Positions 24,270-35,269 of a DNA stretch of 64,000 nucleotides are shown here, piece after piece (the first letter of the stretch is position 1; every line of letters starts with the position of its first letter). Made by a program: the position numbers and the translations under genes. Origin of the DNA: an uncultured bacterium (GTDB taxonomy: Bacteria; Margulisbacteria; WOR-1; CAVSGV01). The DNA is taken from the NCBI GenBank assembly GCA_963768305.1, contig CAVYHE010000003.1, forward strand, positions 64,001-128,000, read 5' to 3'. Under the pieces are notes generated by a model. The model worked only from the letters and a program-made list of their open reading frames with translations. It was not told the origin of the DNA and made no database searches.

Positions 24270-24347
24270 TGTATAAAACCTCCTTTAAATTAGAGACCAG
24301 AGACTAGAGATTGGAGACCAGAATCTCTGATCTCTAATCTCCGATTC

Positions 24348-24878
24348 TCAAACTTCTTTTCTTTTACTAACAATTACCATAGCCGGCCTTAACAGCCGTT
24401 CGTGCATCGTGTAGCCTTTCTGCATTTCCTCAAGCACGATGCCGGGCTCTTTGTCGGATTCTTTCATCAAGATCGCTTCGTGCAGGTTCGGGTCATAAGG
24501 CTTTCCCAATGATTCGATCTGCTTTACGCCGAATTTATTCAGGACATCTTCGACCTGTTTCCTGATAAGCGCGAGTCCTTTTATGAGGTCGTCGCTGCCG
24601 GATTTTTTCGCGAAATCCATTGCGCGGGAGAAACCATCGATGACCGGAAGCAGTTCGGATGCCATAAGGCTGTTGGAATAGCGGACCAGCTCGTCCTTTT
24701 CCAGGTTCGAGCGCTTTTTATAGTTATCAAGGTCCGCGAGCGCGCGAAGGTATTTATTCTTCTGCTCTTCGATCGCCTTCTCTTTTTCCGCCAGCTGTTC
24801 TTTCAAGGATTCGATCTCCGTCTTTTCCTTCGGCAGTTCCTTGTGCTTTTCGGCGACTTCAGTGTGATGTTTTTTCAT
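24348..24878 (-). CDS. grpE: Nucleotide exchange factor GrpE
   Basis: ADLDNYKKR, YDPNLHEA, KGY...LLRPAMV. Confidence 0.95.
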   Translation of the reverse strand: MKKHHTEVAEKHKELPKEKTEIESLKEQLAEKEKAIEEQKNKYLRALADLDNYKKRSNLEKDELVRYSNSLMASELLPVIDGFSRAMDFAKKSGSDDLIKGLALIRKQVEDVLNKFGVKQIESLGKPYDPNLHEAILMKESDKEPGIVLEEMQKGYTMHERLLRPAMVIVSKRKEV

Positions 24879-24943
24879 TCCAACCCCTTTACTTCCAACT
24901 CTTAACTCATAACTCTTAACTAATAACTGATAATTTATAACTC

Positions 24944-25690
24944 TTAACTTTTCCCCTGCAACGCTTTCCTCAATGTCTTCGAAACCGTGTCTACCACAGA
25001 TGATATCTTTCCGTATGTCATTCTTGTCGGCCCGATTATGCTGATTGTGCCGACCGTTTCGCCTAAAATATCATATTTAGAAACCACGATGCTGCAGTCC
25101 TTTATCTTCTTGTGCTTTATCTCGGAGCCGATCTTTATGGTCACATTATCGTCCGGGATGTTCTCGCCAAGTATTTGTTCTATGAGGTTGTCATTTTCGA
25201 TGACGCTCAGGATGTTCTTTATGTGTTCGGAGTCGCTGAATTCCGGCTGGCTTGCGATATTAGCCAGTCCGCTGGAAAGGACCTTGAACGGAAGCTTGGG
25301 CGCGGTGACCACGGCGAGAAGATGGGAGAGGGTGGCGGCGACTTTCAGCGTCGCGTGAAGAAGCTCCTCGGTGTCCCTGCCTGCCGTCTTGTATGCTTTT
25401 TCGATGAAGTCGATCTCTTTCTGGGTGAGCCCGCGCAGTTTCATCAGCTGGTTAACAAAATATCGATATCCGAGATCTGACGGGATCCTGCCGGCGGAAG
25501 TATGCGGGGCTATGAGGAACCCTTCTTCTTCAAGTTCCGCCATCTCGTTGCGGATGGTGGCGGGGGAAATGTCGCGCATGTGGCGCTCGCGGATATTTTC
25601 CGAGCTTACCGGCTCCGCGTCGTGAAGGTAGTCGTTGACTATGGCCCCGAGTATTTTCTGTTTTCTTGCGTTTAGTGTTCTGGCTTTCAT
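24944..25690 (-). CDS. hrcA: Heat-inducible transcription repressor (short form)
   Basis: PVSS, SPATIRNEMAELE, PHTSAGRIPSDLGYR, IIGPTRM. First gene of the dnaK operon. Confidence 0.92.
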   Translation of the reverse strand: MKARTLNARKQKILGAIVNDYLHDAEPVSSENIRERHMRDISPATIRNEMAELEEEGFLIAPHTSAGRIPSDLGYRYFVNQLMKLRGLTQKEIDFIEKAYKTAGRDTEELLHATLKVAATLSHLLAVVTAPKLPFKVLSSGLANIASQPEFSDSEHIKNILSVIENDNLIEQILGENIPDDNVTIKIGSEIKHKKIKDCSIVVSKYDILGETVGTISIIGPTRMTYGKISSVVDTVSKTLRKALQGKS

Positions 25691-25691
25691 A

Positions 25692-25718
25692 TTAGCACTC
25701 CTATAAAGCGAGTGCTAA
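25692..25718. promoter_or_regulatory. CIRCE operator
   Basis: Perfect TTAGCACTC-N9-GAGTGCTAA immediately upstream of hrcA. Confidence 0.97.
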
Positions 25719-25746
25719 TTCTAACATCAAGAGGAAAAAGTGTCAA
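25718..25746 (-). promoter_or_regulatory. Sigma-70 promoter of the hrcA operon
   Basis: TTGACA (25746-25741), 17 nt, TAGAAT (25723-25718), with an extended -10 TG. Confidence 0.85.
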
Positions 25747-25758
25747 GATTCAGGAAAA
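25733..25758. repeat. 26-bp direct repeat, copy 1
   Basis: GGAAAAAGTGTCAAGATTCAGGAAAA, identical at 31846-31871. Confidence 0.9.
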
Positions 25759-25785
25759 TGAAGTTGAATTTATGTTTCGGGGTTA

Positions 25786-28700
25786 CTACTCCAATTTCAT
25801 TCTGAACAGGTTGCAGACCCAGTCTTGCGGCTGCTCATCTCCTCTTCCTCCTGCAAGGGAATAATTGCTCCCATCTGCTGAAGCATATCTTAAAACTTCG
25901 TAATCATCCGCATTTTGGCCCTCGTTCAGTTCATCTTGTAAAAGTTCAATATAAGGGATCACTTCAAAGCCTCTGCTCGCTTTAAGGTGATCGACTAATT
26001 CACTGAATGCGGATTTACCGATGCGTCTTATAAGGAGCTCTTTCATTGCCTCCTTTATGTCGCCCTCCCTGTTTACCGAAGCGAACAGATCCTTATCCAA
26101 CAATTTCACCGTTTCTTCATTCTTTTGTTCATCGCTCAAAGGTATAAGCATCACCAAAAGAGAGTTCAGGGATTGATAAAATGTATTCCTGTCTTGAGTC
26201 GTTAAAAGGGTATCCTTTATTTGTGATATCCTCTCAGTGTTATCAAAATTGTTGAACTTTCCCTTTTCAATTATTTCTTCTCCGATCTTTAAATGGACCT
26301 TCCCGTTAAAGAGGAATTCCTTAAGAATGTTCCTGATGGATGCGATGCTCGCCTTATTCAGGACATCGAATTCGCTTATCTTGAAAATAATGGATTGAAT
26401 ATCGTTCTCTGAAAAGATATTATCTCTTAAGAATATATGGATATAATTTGCCGTCATGAAATGAGGGTCCGCATCATCCATGACATTCATAAATATGTTC
26501 CATTGATATATGGCTTTTATTCCCTCGGTGAACCTATCCAAAGACGCCTTGTGTTCTCTGATTAAAGCTGCCCGTTCCTCCGGTTTTTTTTCATCCCACA
26601 GATCCTTTGCTTCCCATCGATACCTGTTAATATATTTATGGTACAGCGCTAGGTATGCCTTGTAATTTAGCAGGGCCTTTATTATCTCCAATTTAAAAAA
26701 TGCGTTCTCATTGAAATCCGAAGCCTCATTTAATTTATCATAGTCCTGCAAAATTGATGCTGCTATGGCCTCCGAGATAAGTTCTCTCAGCGCTAATGTT
26801 TCGACCTTGCCTTTTCCATATATGATGTCTTTGCCTAAATAAAGCGTTATGCCCTCTTTTGCAATGCTAATTCGGCTGTCCTTTAAAGAAGGTTCATGGA
26901 TCAGATTAAAAGCAATGTCCTGGATCTGGAGATTTAATCTTAAATTCCCAATCACTCCTTCCGGTATGGTTTTGATGATCTCCTCCGTCCTGCTCTTAAG
27001 GAGAAGCGCTTCTTCCCCTTTCAGCTCTCCATTATGGATTATGTGGCCCAGCCCATCACAAAAGCTTAAATGATTCTTTTCTAGAAGGGATCGCTCCTTT
27101 TCAACGGGAGCGGTTATTTCGCTTATAGTAGCCGGCTTTACATCTATTTCGGGAAGACTTTCGATCGTATAGACTTCCTTGTATTTGTAAGGTGGAGACT
27201 TGCTTAAACGGACATCTTCTGTTAACAAACCTTTCTTTAGATATCCTGCCATGGCAAGTTCCTCGATATATGTTTTTACTTCTTGCTGATTTGAATGTAG
27301 CCCTGAGTTGTAAACAATAACTGCTTTTTGCAGCCCGGATTTCTCGGCCATCTGCTTTGCCGCCATTAGGATGGCAAGGATCGCTTTTTCTCTGTCGATC
27401 GTGATCGCCCCCTGGAAAAGATTGATGCCGGTAAGCGATAGAACCCGATAACCCTGGTTGGATTTATCCTCCATGTTATTCAAAGGCGTTTTTAATATTT
27501 GCACCTGGGAAAAGCCAAGGACCCTGCCAGAAGTGTCTTTAAGGGCTATCGTGGCGAAATGATAACCTTCCTTCATTCCTTCCTGTATCTGGCGCGGTCT
27601 ATCCGGCCCAGTGCATACGCCAGTCATCATATATTCCCCGCTTAAATGCAAAAGATCGTCAAAAAGACCAACGCAAAGATCTTCTTTGGAGCCAACACTT
27701 AATCCTTTAAAGTTTTTGAGCTGTTTTTCAATGGATGCTGTATCATCGGCAAATAATTTGATCAAATGGTCCAAGATCCTGTCCTTAAGCTGCCGCTTCC
27801 TTAAAGATAACGTCCCCTTAAGTTCCGATAAATATTGCTCCCTTGCCTTGAAGAGAGCGGATCTTATCCTTTCAGGGTCTTTAGGCGGACGCTTCATTTG
27901 TGAAATGAATTTGCCAAGACCCCGCTCGATCCATAGAGAGAAAACCGCTTCAACTTGAACATTCTTATATATTATTTGAGGGAGCCATTTCCTTAAAAAG
28001 TAGTCTTTCATTTTTTCCTTGTCATTTGCTATCATTTCGAATTCAGGGTCGACTTTGAACAATTTGTTGGCACTCGAAATATTGACAAATCGAAATCCAA
28101 AACTCTCAAGGATCGCTTCTGCGGCGGCAATGTCCAGATATTTGCCTTCCACTTCTTCTTCCAGCCTTTTCTTTAAAATAGGCTTAAAATCCTGGATCAT
28201 TGTGTCAGCAAGAAGATTGTGCCAGCGGGAAAGAAAGCTCCTTCTTTCCGCAGCGCCTTGCGGGATATTTTGAAAATACGTTCTATCGCTTATGATCAGG
28301 CTTACGACCAAGGACTTTAACTGTGCCGGAGTTGGCATTTTCTTTGTGTTGAAGATGTCCTTAAGGGACAGGTCGCTTGTGCCGGCGCTGGAAGAAAGTC
28401 CTTTCAGAAGCTCATCCAGTTTCACTCGGTCTTCATCGGCGTCCGGCTGATAGCTGATTACGGTGCTGCCGCCTTTTAACGCATAAAGGGATCTCAGGGA
28501 CAACGGGAGCTCTTTTTGCCATTTTTCAGGTTTTTTTTCACTCAGAGTATTCTTAACTTTTTCATAGGTTGATATATAATCTTTGCCGGAAAAGTTGGAT
28601 ATCTGCATGTATTTGGCAAGTATGGCCAATTCATCCAGCTGACTGAAACCGTATCTGTTCTTGAACCCCTTGCTCCATCCCCAAAAAGTCCCCCAAGCGA

Positions 28701-31700
28701 TCTCTTTTGATTCTTTTTCTATGTCTTCTTTTAATTTTTCCAGGGCCGGCTTATCCGATTTATGGGCTTTAAAGTAGCTGAAGAAATTCATGGTGATTGT
28801 TTTAAATCCAAGACCGTAATACTTCTGGATATCACAGGAGAATTCCTGCCAGTCCCCATCGCTCCAATTTTGAAGAACGTCCATCTCCTTGTATTTTTTT
28901 AATGTCTCCAGTATGCCGGAGACCTCTTGAGGGGCGGCTCTCTGCTTCCCTTTGGCTGCTTCAAGAATAAGACCGTAGAGATAGCGGAACTTACCGTTCT
29001 TTTTTACAAGCTGGATCACATCCAGGCATCCTCCGACCAAAGATTCATTTTCTCCTATCATTCTGATGATCCTGGTCAAAGGATTATTCAAGGGCAATGC
29101 TTTTATGAGCTCTTGTATTTCTCCCAATCTTATGGCTGCGGAGTTAAGGCTGTTCAGGCAGAGCGGGAGGTTATCGTGGACCAGTTGCAGCAAAGAACCT
29201 ATTTTACGATATTCCTCATGCTTGCTTTCGCCTGTCAGCTTGCCTTTTTCCAGGTAAAAGTTTATTGATTCGGAGAACTGGCTTAAAAGAGGTTTCTGAT
29301 CTGTTTCGGGGTGCGCTTCTAGTTCTGAATTCACCGATCTTAAAAAGTTTCTTAAATAGGGCTCTAATAATAAAGGATTGTTCCGCTGGATCAACATCAA
29401 TACCCAAAGCGGAGGATTGGTTTCAAGGATATCGCTAAGGGTAGATCTATCCAGGTTGCGATTTGATAATATAATTGTTATAGCTTCGTCAATTTCATTA
29501 TTAATTCGACTTGTCTTTTTCGCGGTCAATAAGGCAGCGACCGCTCTTGCCTCGCACATTTGAGCCAAAGCATTTACGGCGGCTCTTTGAACATATTCTG
29601 TGTCATTTTCGTGTTGCAATGCAGCTAAAAGTGCCGGCACCGCCGGCTTGCCTATCTTGACCAGATCATTGGCGATATCCCCCCTCAACCACCCTTCACC
29701 GATCAAAATGTAAGCCTGTAATGCCGATCTATAATCACATCCCGATTCTTTTTCTATTGATTTATCATCGATCAAAAGAAGGGCTTTTGCCGACAAATAA
29801 CGGACATGGTTATTTTCATCTTTTAAGCTCTCCAATAGGGCGGGCGCCGCTTCTTTTTCTCCTATTTTGCCCAGGGCTTCCGCCGCGGCGCAGCGGACGC
29901 GACTATCTTTATCCTTCAATGCGGGAATAAGCGCGGCTACCGTTGGCTCGCCGATCTCGATCAGGGCTCTTTCCACGGCGTGGCTGACCCAGAAATCAGT
30001 CTTCTTCAATGCGACCATAAGAGCCGGGAGCGCCTCTTTTTCCCTTATTTTGCCCAAAGCTTCCGCTGCGGCGCAGCAAATGTCTTTATTTTCTTCTTTC
30101 ACCAAGACAGCCGTAAGGGCGGGGACCGCCTCTTTTCCTCCGATCTTCCCCAGGGCTTTTACCGAAGCATAAATGACATTTTCAACGTCATTTAGAGCCT
30201 CTCTTAAAAACGGGATAGTTCCTTTTTCCCCGATCTTTCCTATAGCTTCTGCTGCGAAACAACGAACATTCTCATTCTCATTTTTATCTTTCAATGCAGC
30301 TAAAAGCGCCGGTACCGCCGGCTTGCCTATCTTGAACAGATCATTAACGATATCCTTGCCCTGAGCATCTTCGCCGATCAAAATGTACGCTTGCAATACC
30401 GATCTATAATCACATCCCGATTCTTTTTCTATTGATTTATCATCGATCAAAAGAAGGGCTTTTGCCGACAAATAACGGACATGGTTATTTTCATCTTTTA
30501 AGCTCTCCAATAGGGCGGGCGCCGCTTCTTTATTTCCTATTTTGCCCAGGGCTTCCGCCGCGGCGCAGCGGACGCGACTATCTTTATCCTTCAATGCGGG
30601 AATAAGCGCAGGTATCGCTTCTTTTTTCCCGATTTTCCCAAGGGCTTCAGCCGCTATGCAGTGAATGTTTCCATCTTCATCATTCAATGTGGCGCAGAAC
30701 ATCGATACAGCTTCTTCATTTATAGCTTTTGCGGCTGAACGGCGAATATCTTGACTGTCAGATCTTAAGACAGCTGTCAGCATTGGAATATCATCAGCGT
30801 TAAATCGAGCCTTTTCGCCCGATCTTTTCGTGCTGGCATGCTTATCATCTACGGCGGAGATTAAGCCGGCGCTCAGGGGCAGGTTCTCCATTGATATTGT
30901 TCTGGTTATCATGTTAGTTAAATTGTTTGAGAAGATAAAGGCAACATCGTTCGATAAATTGAACGCTTCAAGCAACGCGGAAAAACTGACCTCTCTGTCT
31001 TCATTTAACGCCTTCAGGGCACTAAAAACCTTTATAGTGAGAATGCTTCTGTAAAGATATATTCCTATATCTTGTATCATTTTGGACAAAACATGAGCTG
31101 AATAAAGTATGGCAACAGGTAATCCCCATGCAACGCTCAGAATAGAAAATACCCTGAATGGGCCCTCCGGGAATAAAATGTCCATTCCAACGGGGAATAG
31201 GGCAATTAAGGAAACCGGCGCTAAACCAGCAATAAGCGATGCCGGATACAACAAAATTCTTTTGGGACTATCGCCATATTTTTCATTAAAAATTATCGCA
31301 TCCGACACTTTGGGCCAATTGCATCCAAGGATTTCCTTATGTAGCTCTTTTAGCCCAACAGGCATATCAGGATGTTCGCCTTTCATCCGGACCTTATATT
31401 CAACCAGGCTGTCGCTTATCATGTGCATCCTGTATGACGCTAATTTCCCGTTGATGATGTTGTGAAACGCTCCTTTTAATTGGTTGGCATGGCTTCCTTG
31501 AGAAATTTCGAGTTCCAGTATGCCGGCCGTATGAAGGCTTTTGGCGTAATCCCAGGAATATGGCAGAGGATTCCCGTTGGCAATGATCGCGCTTTCGGCA
31601 ATGGATATCTTGACTGGCCCATTTATGCTGAGGCCTGCAAGGGTTCGGGTAACTTTATTGGCGCCGCGCGGCGATAGAATTTTATTATTAAAAAGCCTAA

Positions 31701-31750
31701 ATGAGGGGCTTTTTCTTGCAATTAGATTCGATCCGCGCTGATATCGGCAT
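25786..31750 (-). CDS. Giant HEAT/PBS-lyase repeat protein with an uncharacterised C-terminal region (~1990 aa if one frameshift near 31710 is corrected; 1880 aa from 31428)
   Basis: Repeats of VR.AAAEALGKIG.KEA.PAL..ALKD and two N-terminal hydrophobic segments. The frame is open upstream of 31428 to an A-run near 31710. ATG at 31750 with AGGTGA RBS is one base out of frame. Confidence 0.8.
29724..30609. repeat. Near-identical intragenic duplication (29724-29934 vs 30399-30609, offset 675 bp)
   Basis: 211-bp blocks differing at about 2 positions. Weaker similarity extends about 100 bp further left. Confidence 0.85.
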
Positions 31751-31794
31751 TATTTTTCACCTGGCCCTAAAACTTATTTATATTGCTGAATATG

Positions 31795-31822
31795 TATCGT
31801 CAAAATTGACCGGAAATCTCAC
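31795..31822 (-). promoter_or_regulatory. Putative alternative-sigma promoter GTGAGATTT-N13-ACGATA (copy 2)
   Basis: Minus strand GTGAGATTT CCGGTCAATTTTG ACGATA CATATTCAG, 44 nt upstream of ATG 31750. Confidence 0.6.
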
Positions 31823-31845
31823 TTTTTGCGAGGTATTTTTAAGGC

Positions 31846-31871
31846 GGAAAAAGTGTCAAGATTCAGGAAAA
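31846..31871. repeat. 26-bp direct repeat, copy 2
   Basis: Identical to 25733-25758. Confidence 0.9.
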
Positions 31872-31895
31872 CAAGGCGGAACTTGCCCTCCGGAA

Positions 31896-32405
31896 TTAAA
31901 TGTTCTTATAAAAGGTAACAGGCATGTATTGAACTACCTGCTCACCATTATCCTTCAGCAATGAGATCGGATAATCAACGGTCACCTTATCCGGCAGCAT
32001 TCCTGTCGCTTTTGCCTTCGCGAGTTCCCTGTTTATCGCGTGAATGTTATGGTCCCACATATCGCCTGTGACCCCGTCAATGGACATCCCGACCACTCCG
32101 CCAAGAAGGATATTGGCCCAGAACCAGCCCCTTATGCTCCTTCCGATCGTGATCCGCTCGGTGCTGTAGCCTTCGTATTCCAATACAACGGTATAGTCAT
32201 CAAATTTGTTCAATACAAAAGAGCAGGGAGTATATTGAACATTTGTTATTCCGCCACCTATCAAAGTCACTCTTACCGCTGGCGGAACGGTCCTTATATC
32301 CAATTTTGACAGCTGATCACCCGTGAAAATTGTCGCGCACCCCGCGACCAGACCAAGCGACAAGATCAAAACGATCAACATGGCAAAAGAAATTCGTTCC
32401 TTCAT
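31896..32405 (-). CDS. Hypothetical lipoprotein (PEGA-like domain plus glycine-rich hydrophobic segment)
   Basis: Lipobox VAGC-ATIFTG, IRTVPP, YTPC, EGY, WANILLGGVVGMSIDGVTG. AGGAGG RBS. Confidence 0.7.
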   Translation of the reverse strand: MKERISFAMLIVLILSLGLVAGCATIFTGDQLSKLDIRTVPPAVRVTLIGGGITNVQYTPCSFVLNKFDDYTVVLEYEGYSTERITIGRSIRGWFWANILLGGVVGMSIDGVTGDMWDHNIHAINRELAKAKATGMLPDKVTVDYPISLLKDNGEQVVQYMPVTFYKNI

Positions 32406-32543
32406 TTTAATTCCTCCTTAAATTATTGAAGAGGGCGGCAAATATTCCGGCGAACAGGCCGAAGAAGATCCCAAAAACCAACGGCAGTTTATTTTTTCTG
32501 ATATTTAACGCCTCCATGGAAATTATTATACCCCTCCTTATTT

Positions 32544-33188
32544 TCATTTCAATGGTATAGGCGCTATGGGGCGCGGCGTTTCGTAGATAAGCTTGCCATT
32601 TTTATCATATGACCTGCTTTTCCCGCTCTCAGTATCATTGATAAAGTTCGCTTCTGTTTTTATCTTTCCGTTCTCATAATATTCTTTTACAGGGCCGTTA
32701 AGCCTGCCATGAAGATAATTCATCTTGACCATAAGGGCGCCGTTCTCATAATATTTCTTCGATAAGCCTTCCTGCTTGCCGTCTTTAAAATTGCCTGTCC
32801 GTATGACACTGCCGTTCTCGTAAAATTCCTTTGCGGGGCCGTCCAGCTTCCCGTTAACGCAACGGGCCGTTGACGCTAATTTGCCCGAATGATAGTACGA
32901 TCTTGTGAGCCCCTCCGGGTTGTCATTTTTATAATATGTTTCAACGGCAAGTTTCCCGGTCGGATCATACCTTCGCACCCATCCGTTCGGGATGTGGCCT
33001 GTAAGGCTTTTAACCTCGCCGGATTCGGTAAGCGTCTTTACCGCGATCGCCTTGTCTCCGTCGTAATAGGTTATTATTTCCGGATCAATGATCGTGTATT
33101 GTTTTGTGATCCTTGAGGTGACTTCGGCGCAAGAAACGGCAGATAAGGCGGCGGCAAATAGGATGATAAAGCAAAGTGTTTTTTTCAT
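32544..33188 (-). CDS. Exported MORN-variant repeat (YwqK-like) protein
   Basis: Signal peptide and repeated YYENG...NGKLDG..KEFY units. GGAGG RBS. Confidence 0.8.
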   Translation of the reverse strand: MKKTLCFIILFAAALSAVSCAEVTSRITKQYTIIDPEIITYYDGDKAIAVKTLTESGEVKSLTGHIPNGWVRRYDPTGKLAVETYYKNDNPEGLTRSYYHSGKLASTARCVNGKLDGPAKEFYENGSVIRTGNFKDGKQEGLSKKYYENGALMVKMNYLHGRLNGPVKEYYENGKIKTEANFINDTESGKSRSYDKNGKLIYETPRPIAPIPLK

Positions 33189-33200
33189 ATTTAGTCCTCC

Positions 33201-34193
33201 CTAAAAAGCCATCTTCCCTGATCTATTGAAGTCCGTCTTTGCCAGGTCAATCGATCTTATCCTGGGATTTGTCCTGCTGAACCAGGAAAGCTTTTTGTTC
33301 TTGAGGTCATAGACGGCGGTCCACTGGGTGACGGACTGGGATGTTGACGCGTGGCGGACATTTGTCTGCGTCGCGCTCTTCATTATATTGAACACATCGC
33401 TGATTGTAAGCTTATTCTCCTTTTCAGCTTTTGCCAGCGAGTATGCCGCGAAGGCATACCTGTTCTCGGTAGTGGTCTCGCCTTTTTCAAGCGGGATAAC
33501 TTCTTTCCCGCCGAAGCCCTTGAATTGGCTTAAATACCTCTTGTTATGCTCGTAAAATGAGTTCGTGATGACGGGCGGTTTGGGATGCCTGTGGATGACA
33601 AGTTTGCCGTCCGGAAAATCGATCAATGCGGAGTTGCCGGAAGGGTCGGCGAGGAACCAGTGGAGGTCCGCTTCAAAGCCGCCGAACTTAAAACCTGCAA
33701 TCCTTGTTTTTTTCAGGTTCATTATGGCCTCATCCACGTTAGCGGAAGTATCGAGCAGATATTCAAGCAGCTGGGAGTTATTAATGGATATTTTGCCGTT
33801 CTTCGCGGGATATTTGACTGCCGGCGGGGGATGGATCCAGAACCCGCCGCCCCAGAGGCCTTTTTCGTTCATGCCGCAGGTGGGGGCGCTGTCTTTTAAT
33901 CTGAAAACTTTAACGATGAACTCGAAGACCGGGTTGAATTTGCCTACCATGTTAAAGGTGACGCTGCCGTATTTTGAGGTCCATTTGGCGCGGGGGGAGC
34001 CGTCCCAGACTATGTCCGCGGTTTTCTTTATGCCGCGGTCGTTGATGTAGATGCTGCCTTTGTCGGACGGCCAGTCCATTGTGCGGCCTACAAGCCGTAC
34101 GCCGTCCTTATCCATAAACACGCCGGTGCAGGGGAAGGCGGAGGGGGAAAGAATAAACAGGCAAAGGATAGAAATGAGGATCTTCGTTTTCAT
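33201..34193 (-). CDS. Secreted linear amide C-N hydrolase (choloylglycine hydrolase/penicillin V acylase family)
   Basis: Signal peptide, then nucleophile CTG, GRTMDW, GMNEKGL, LHW..AD.SG, TQW..VYDL. Confidence 0.88.
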   Translation of the reverse strand: MKTKILISILCLFILSPSAFPCTGVFMDKDGVRLVGRTMDWPSDKGSIYINDRGIKKTADIVWDGSPRAKWTSKYGSVTFNMVGKFNPVFEFIVKVFRLKDSAPTCGMNEKGLWGGGFWIHPPPAVKYPAKNGKISINNSQLLEYLLDTSANVDEAIMNLKKTRIAGFKFGGFEADLHWFLADPSGNSALIDFPDGKLVIHRHPKPPVITNSFYEHNKRYLSQFKGFGGKEVIPLEKGETTTENRYAFAAYSLAKAEKENKLTISDVFNIMKSATQTNVRHASTSQSVTQWTAVYDLKNKKLSWFSRTNPRIRSIDLAKTDFNRSGKMAF

Positions 34194-34225
34194 GGGAGGA
34201 TTATACTAAAAAATGGCGGAGAATA

Positions 34226-34969
34226 CTATGGCCTATGAGATGCTGCAGATCGCCAATCTTGATATGAAAAAGTCATGCCCTTGTAAACTAGTTTAATTGG
34301 ATATTCTTTTGGTTTTTCGAAGGCAAGATAGTAATAATTCCAAGAATTTGCTGCAATCGAAGAAGGTTGAACAAGAGCATGATTAACAATATCTTTGGCA
34401 AATGCTTTTGTTTGTGCTGCGTTACTGTTTGCCAAGGCCACATCTATACTTTTCCCCAATTCTTGATAAGGATTGTTTTGTGAGTTTACGGTTGAGTAGG
34501 AATTTCCGACGGCGTATCCATTTCCGCCATATGCAGATGCATTTGTGTTTACGGTATATTGTTTATCAACAGGCATATTTTCAGCATTAACCTGGCTAAC
34601 ATAAGCACCCCCCAAAGCATCAAGCATCACTATATATGGGTTTTCTTTAATAAGAATATAATTACTATTAGTTTTCGCTACAAAGTCATCAGGGTTTACC
34701 CCGTATGCTTCTGAAGAATCATTTTGAATGCGAATGACAAAAAATAAAGTGTCGTAATATTCGTCAGCAGCGGTGGCAGTAATATGTTGAAAGCCCAACT
34801 TATTCCCATAAGTATTTATTGATGTATTTAATATATCAAGGGATGCGACTTCTGTCGTTACATTGTTTTCAGGTATATATGACAGGGTATTAATATTACT
34901 ACACCCAGATAGGAATAAAGCGCCTAAAAATAAAATGAAACAAAAAACAACAAAACATGTTTTATTCAT
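34226..34969 (-). CDS. Hypothetical lipoprotein (AT-rich)
   Basis: Lipobox LSGC. Visibly AT-rich relative to its neighbours. Confidence 0.7.
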   Translation of the reverse strand: MNKTCFVVFCFILFLGALFLSGCSNINTLSYIPENNVTTEVASLDILNTSINTYGNKLGFQHITATAADEYYDTLFFVIRIQNDSSEAYGVNPDDFVAKTNSNYILIKENPYIVMLDALGGAYVSQVNAENMPVDKQYTVNTNASAYGGNGYAVGNSYSTVNSQNNPYQELGKSIDVALANSNAAQTKAFAKDIVNHALVQPSSIAANSWNYYYLAFEKPKEYPIKLVYKGMTFSYQDWRSAASHRP

Positions 34970-35007
34970 GTTCTCACCGCCTTGCAGGGGCATTGGATGT
35001 TAACCAG

Positions 35008-35157
35008 TCATTTATTGTATATTGCCAGAGCAATTACCATGCCAGCAACGGCAATCCCAGCACCAATTCCAGTTTCATTTGAACTCGAACCAGCAATAAG
35101 ACATGCAACTATAATAAATGCGTTCAATATTATTTTAACCCAGTTCAAGTTTTTCAT
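35008..35157 (-). CDS. Small two-helix membrane protein
   Basis: MKNLNWVKIILNAFIIVACLIAG...GIAVAGMVIALAIYNK. Its leader is nearly identical to that of the next gene. Confidence 0.5.
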   Translation of the reverse strand: MKNLNWVKIILNAFIIVACLIAGSSSNETGIGAGIAVAGMVIALAIYNK

Positions 35158-35269
35158 GTTCCCACCGCCTATGGAGGGATTATACGCCAAGAGAAGAATA
35201 CTTCAAGTCAGCTGAGATCAGGCGAAATCGACAAAAGAGCATAATAAATCGAATTGCGAAAGGCGAAGT

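Noticed and set aside
29724..30609. Near-identical repeat pair as a diversity-generating retroelement TR/VR
   Set aside because: Both copies are in-frame parts of one gene, there are too few mismatches to show an adenine-specific pattern, and no reverse transcriptase is in the window.
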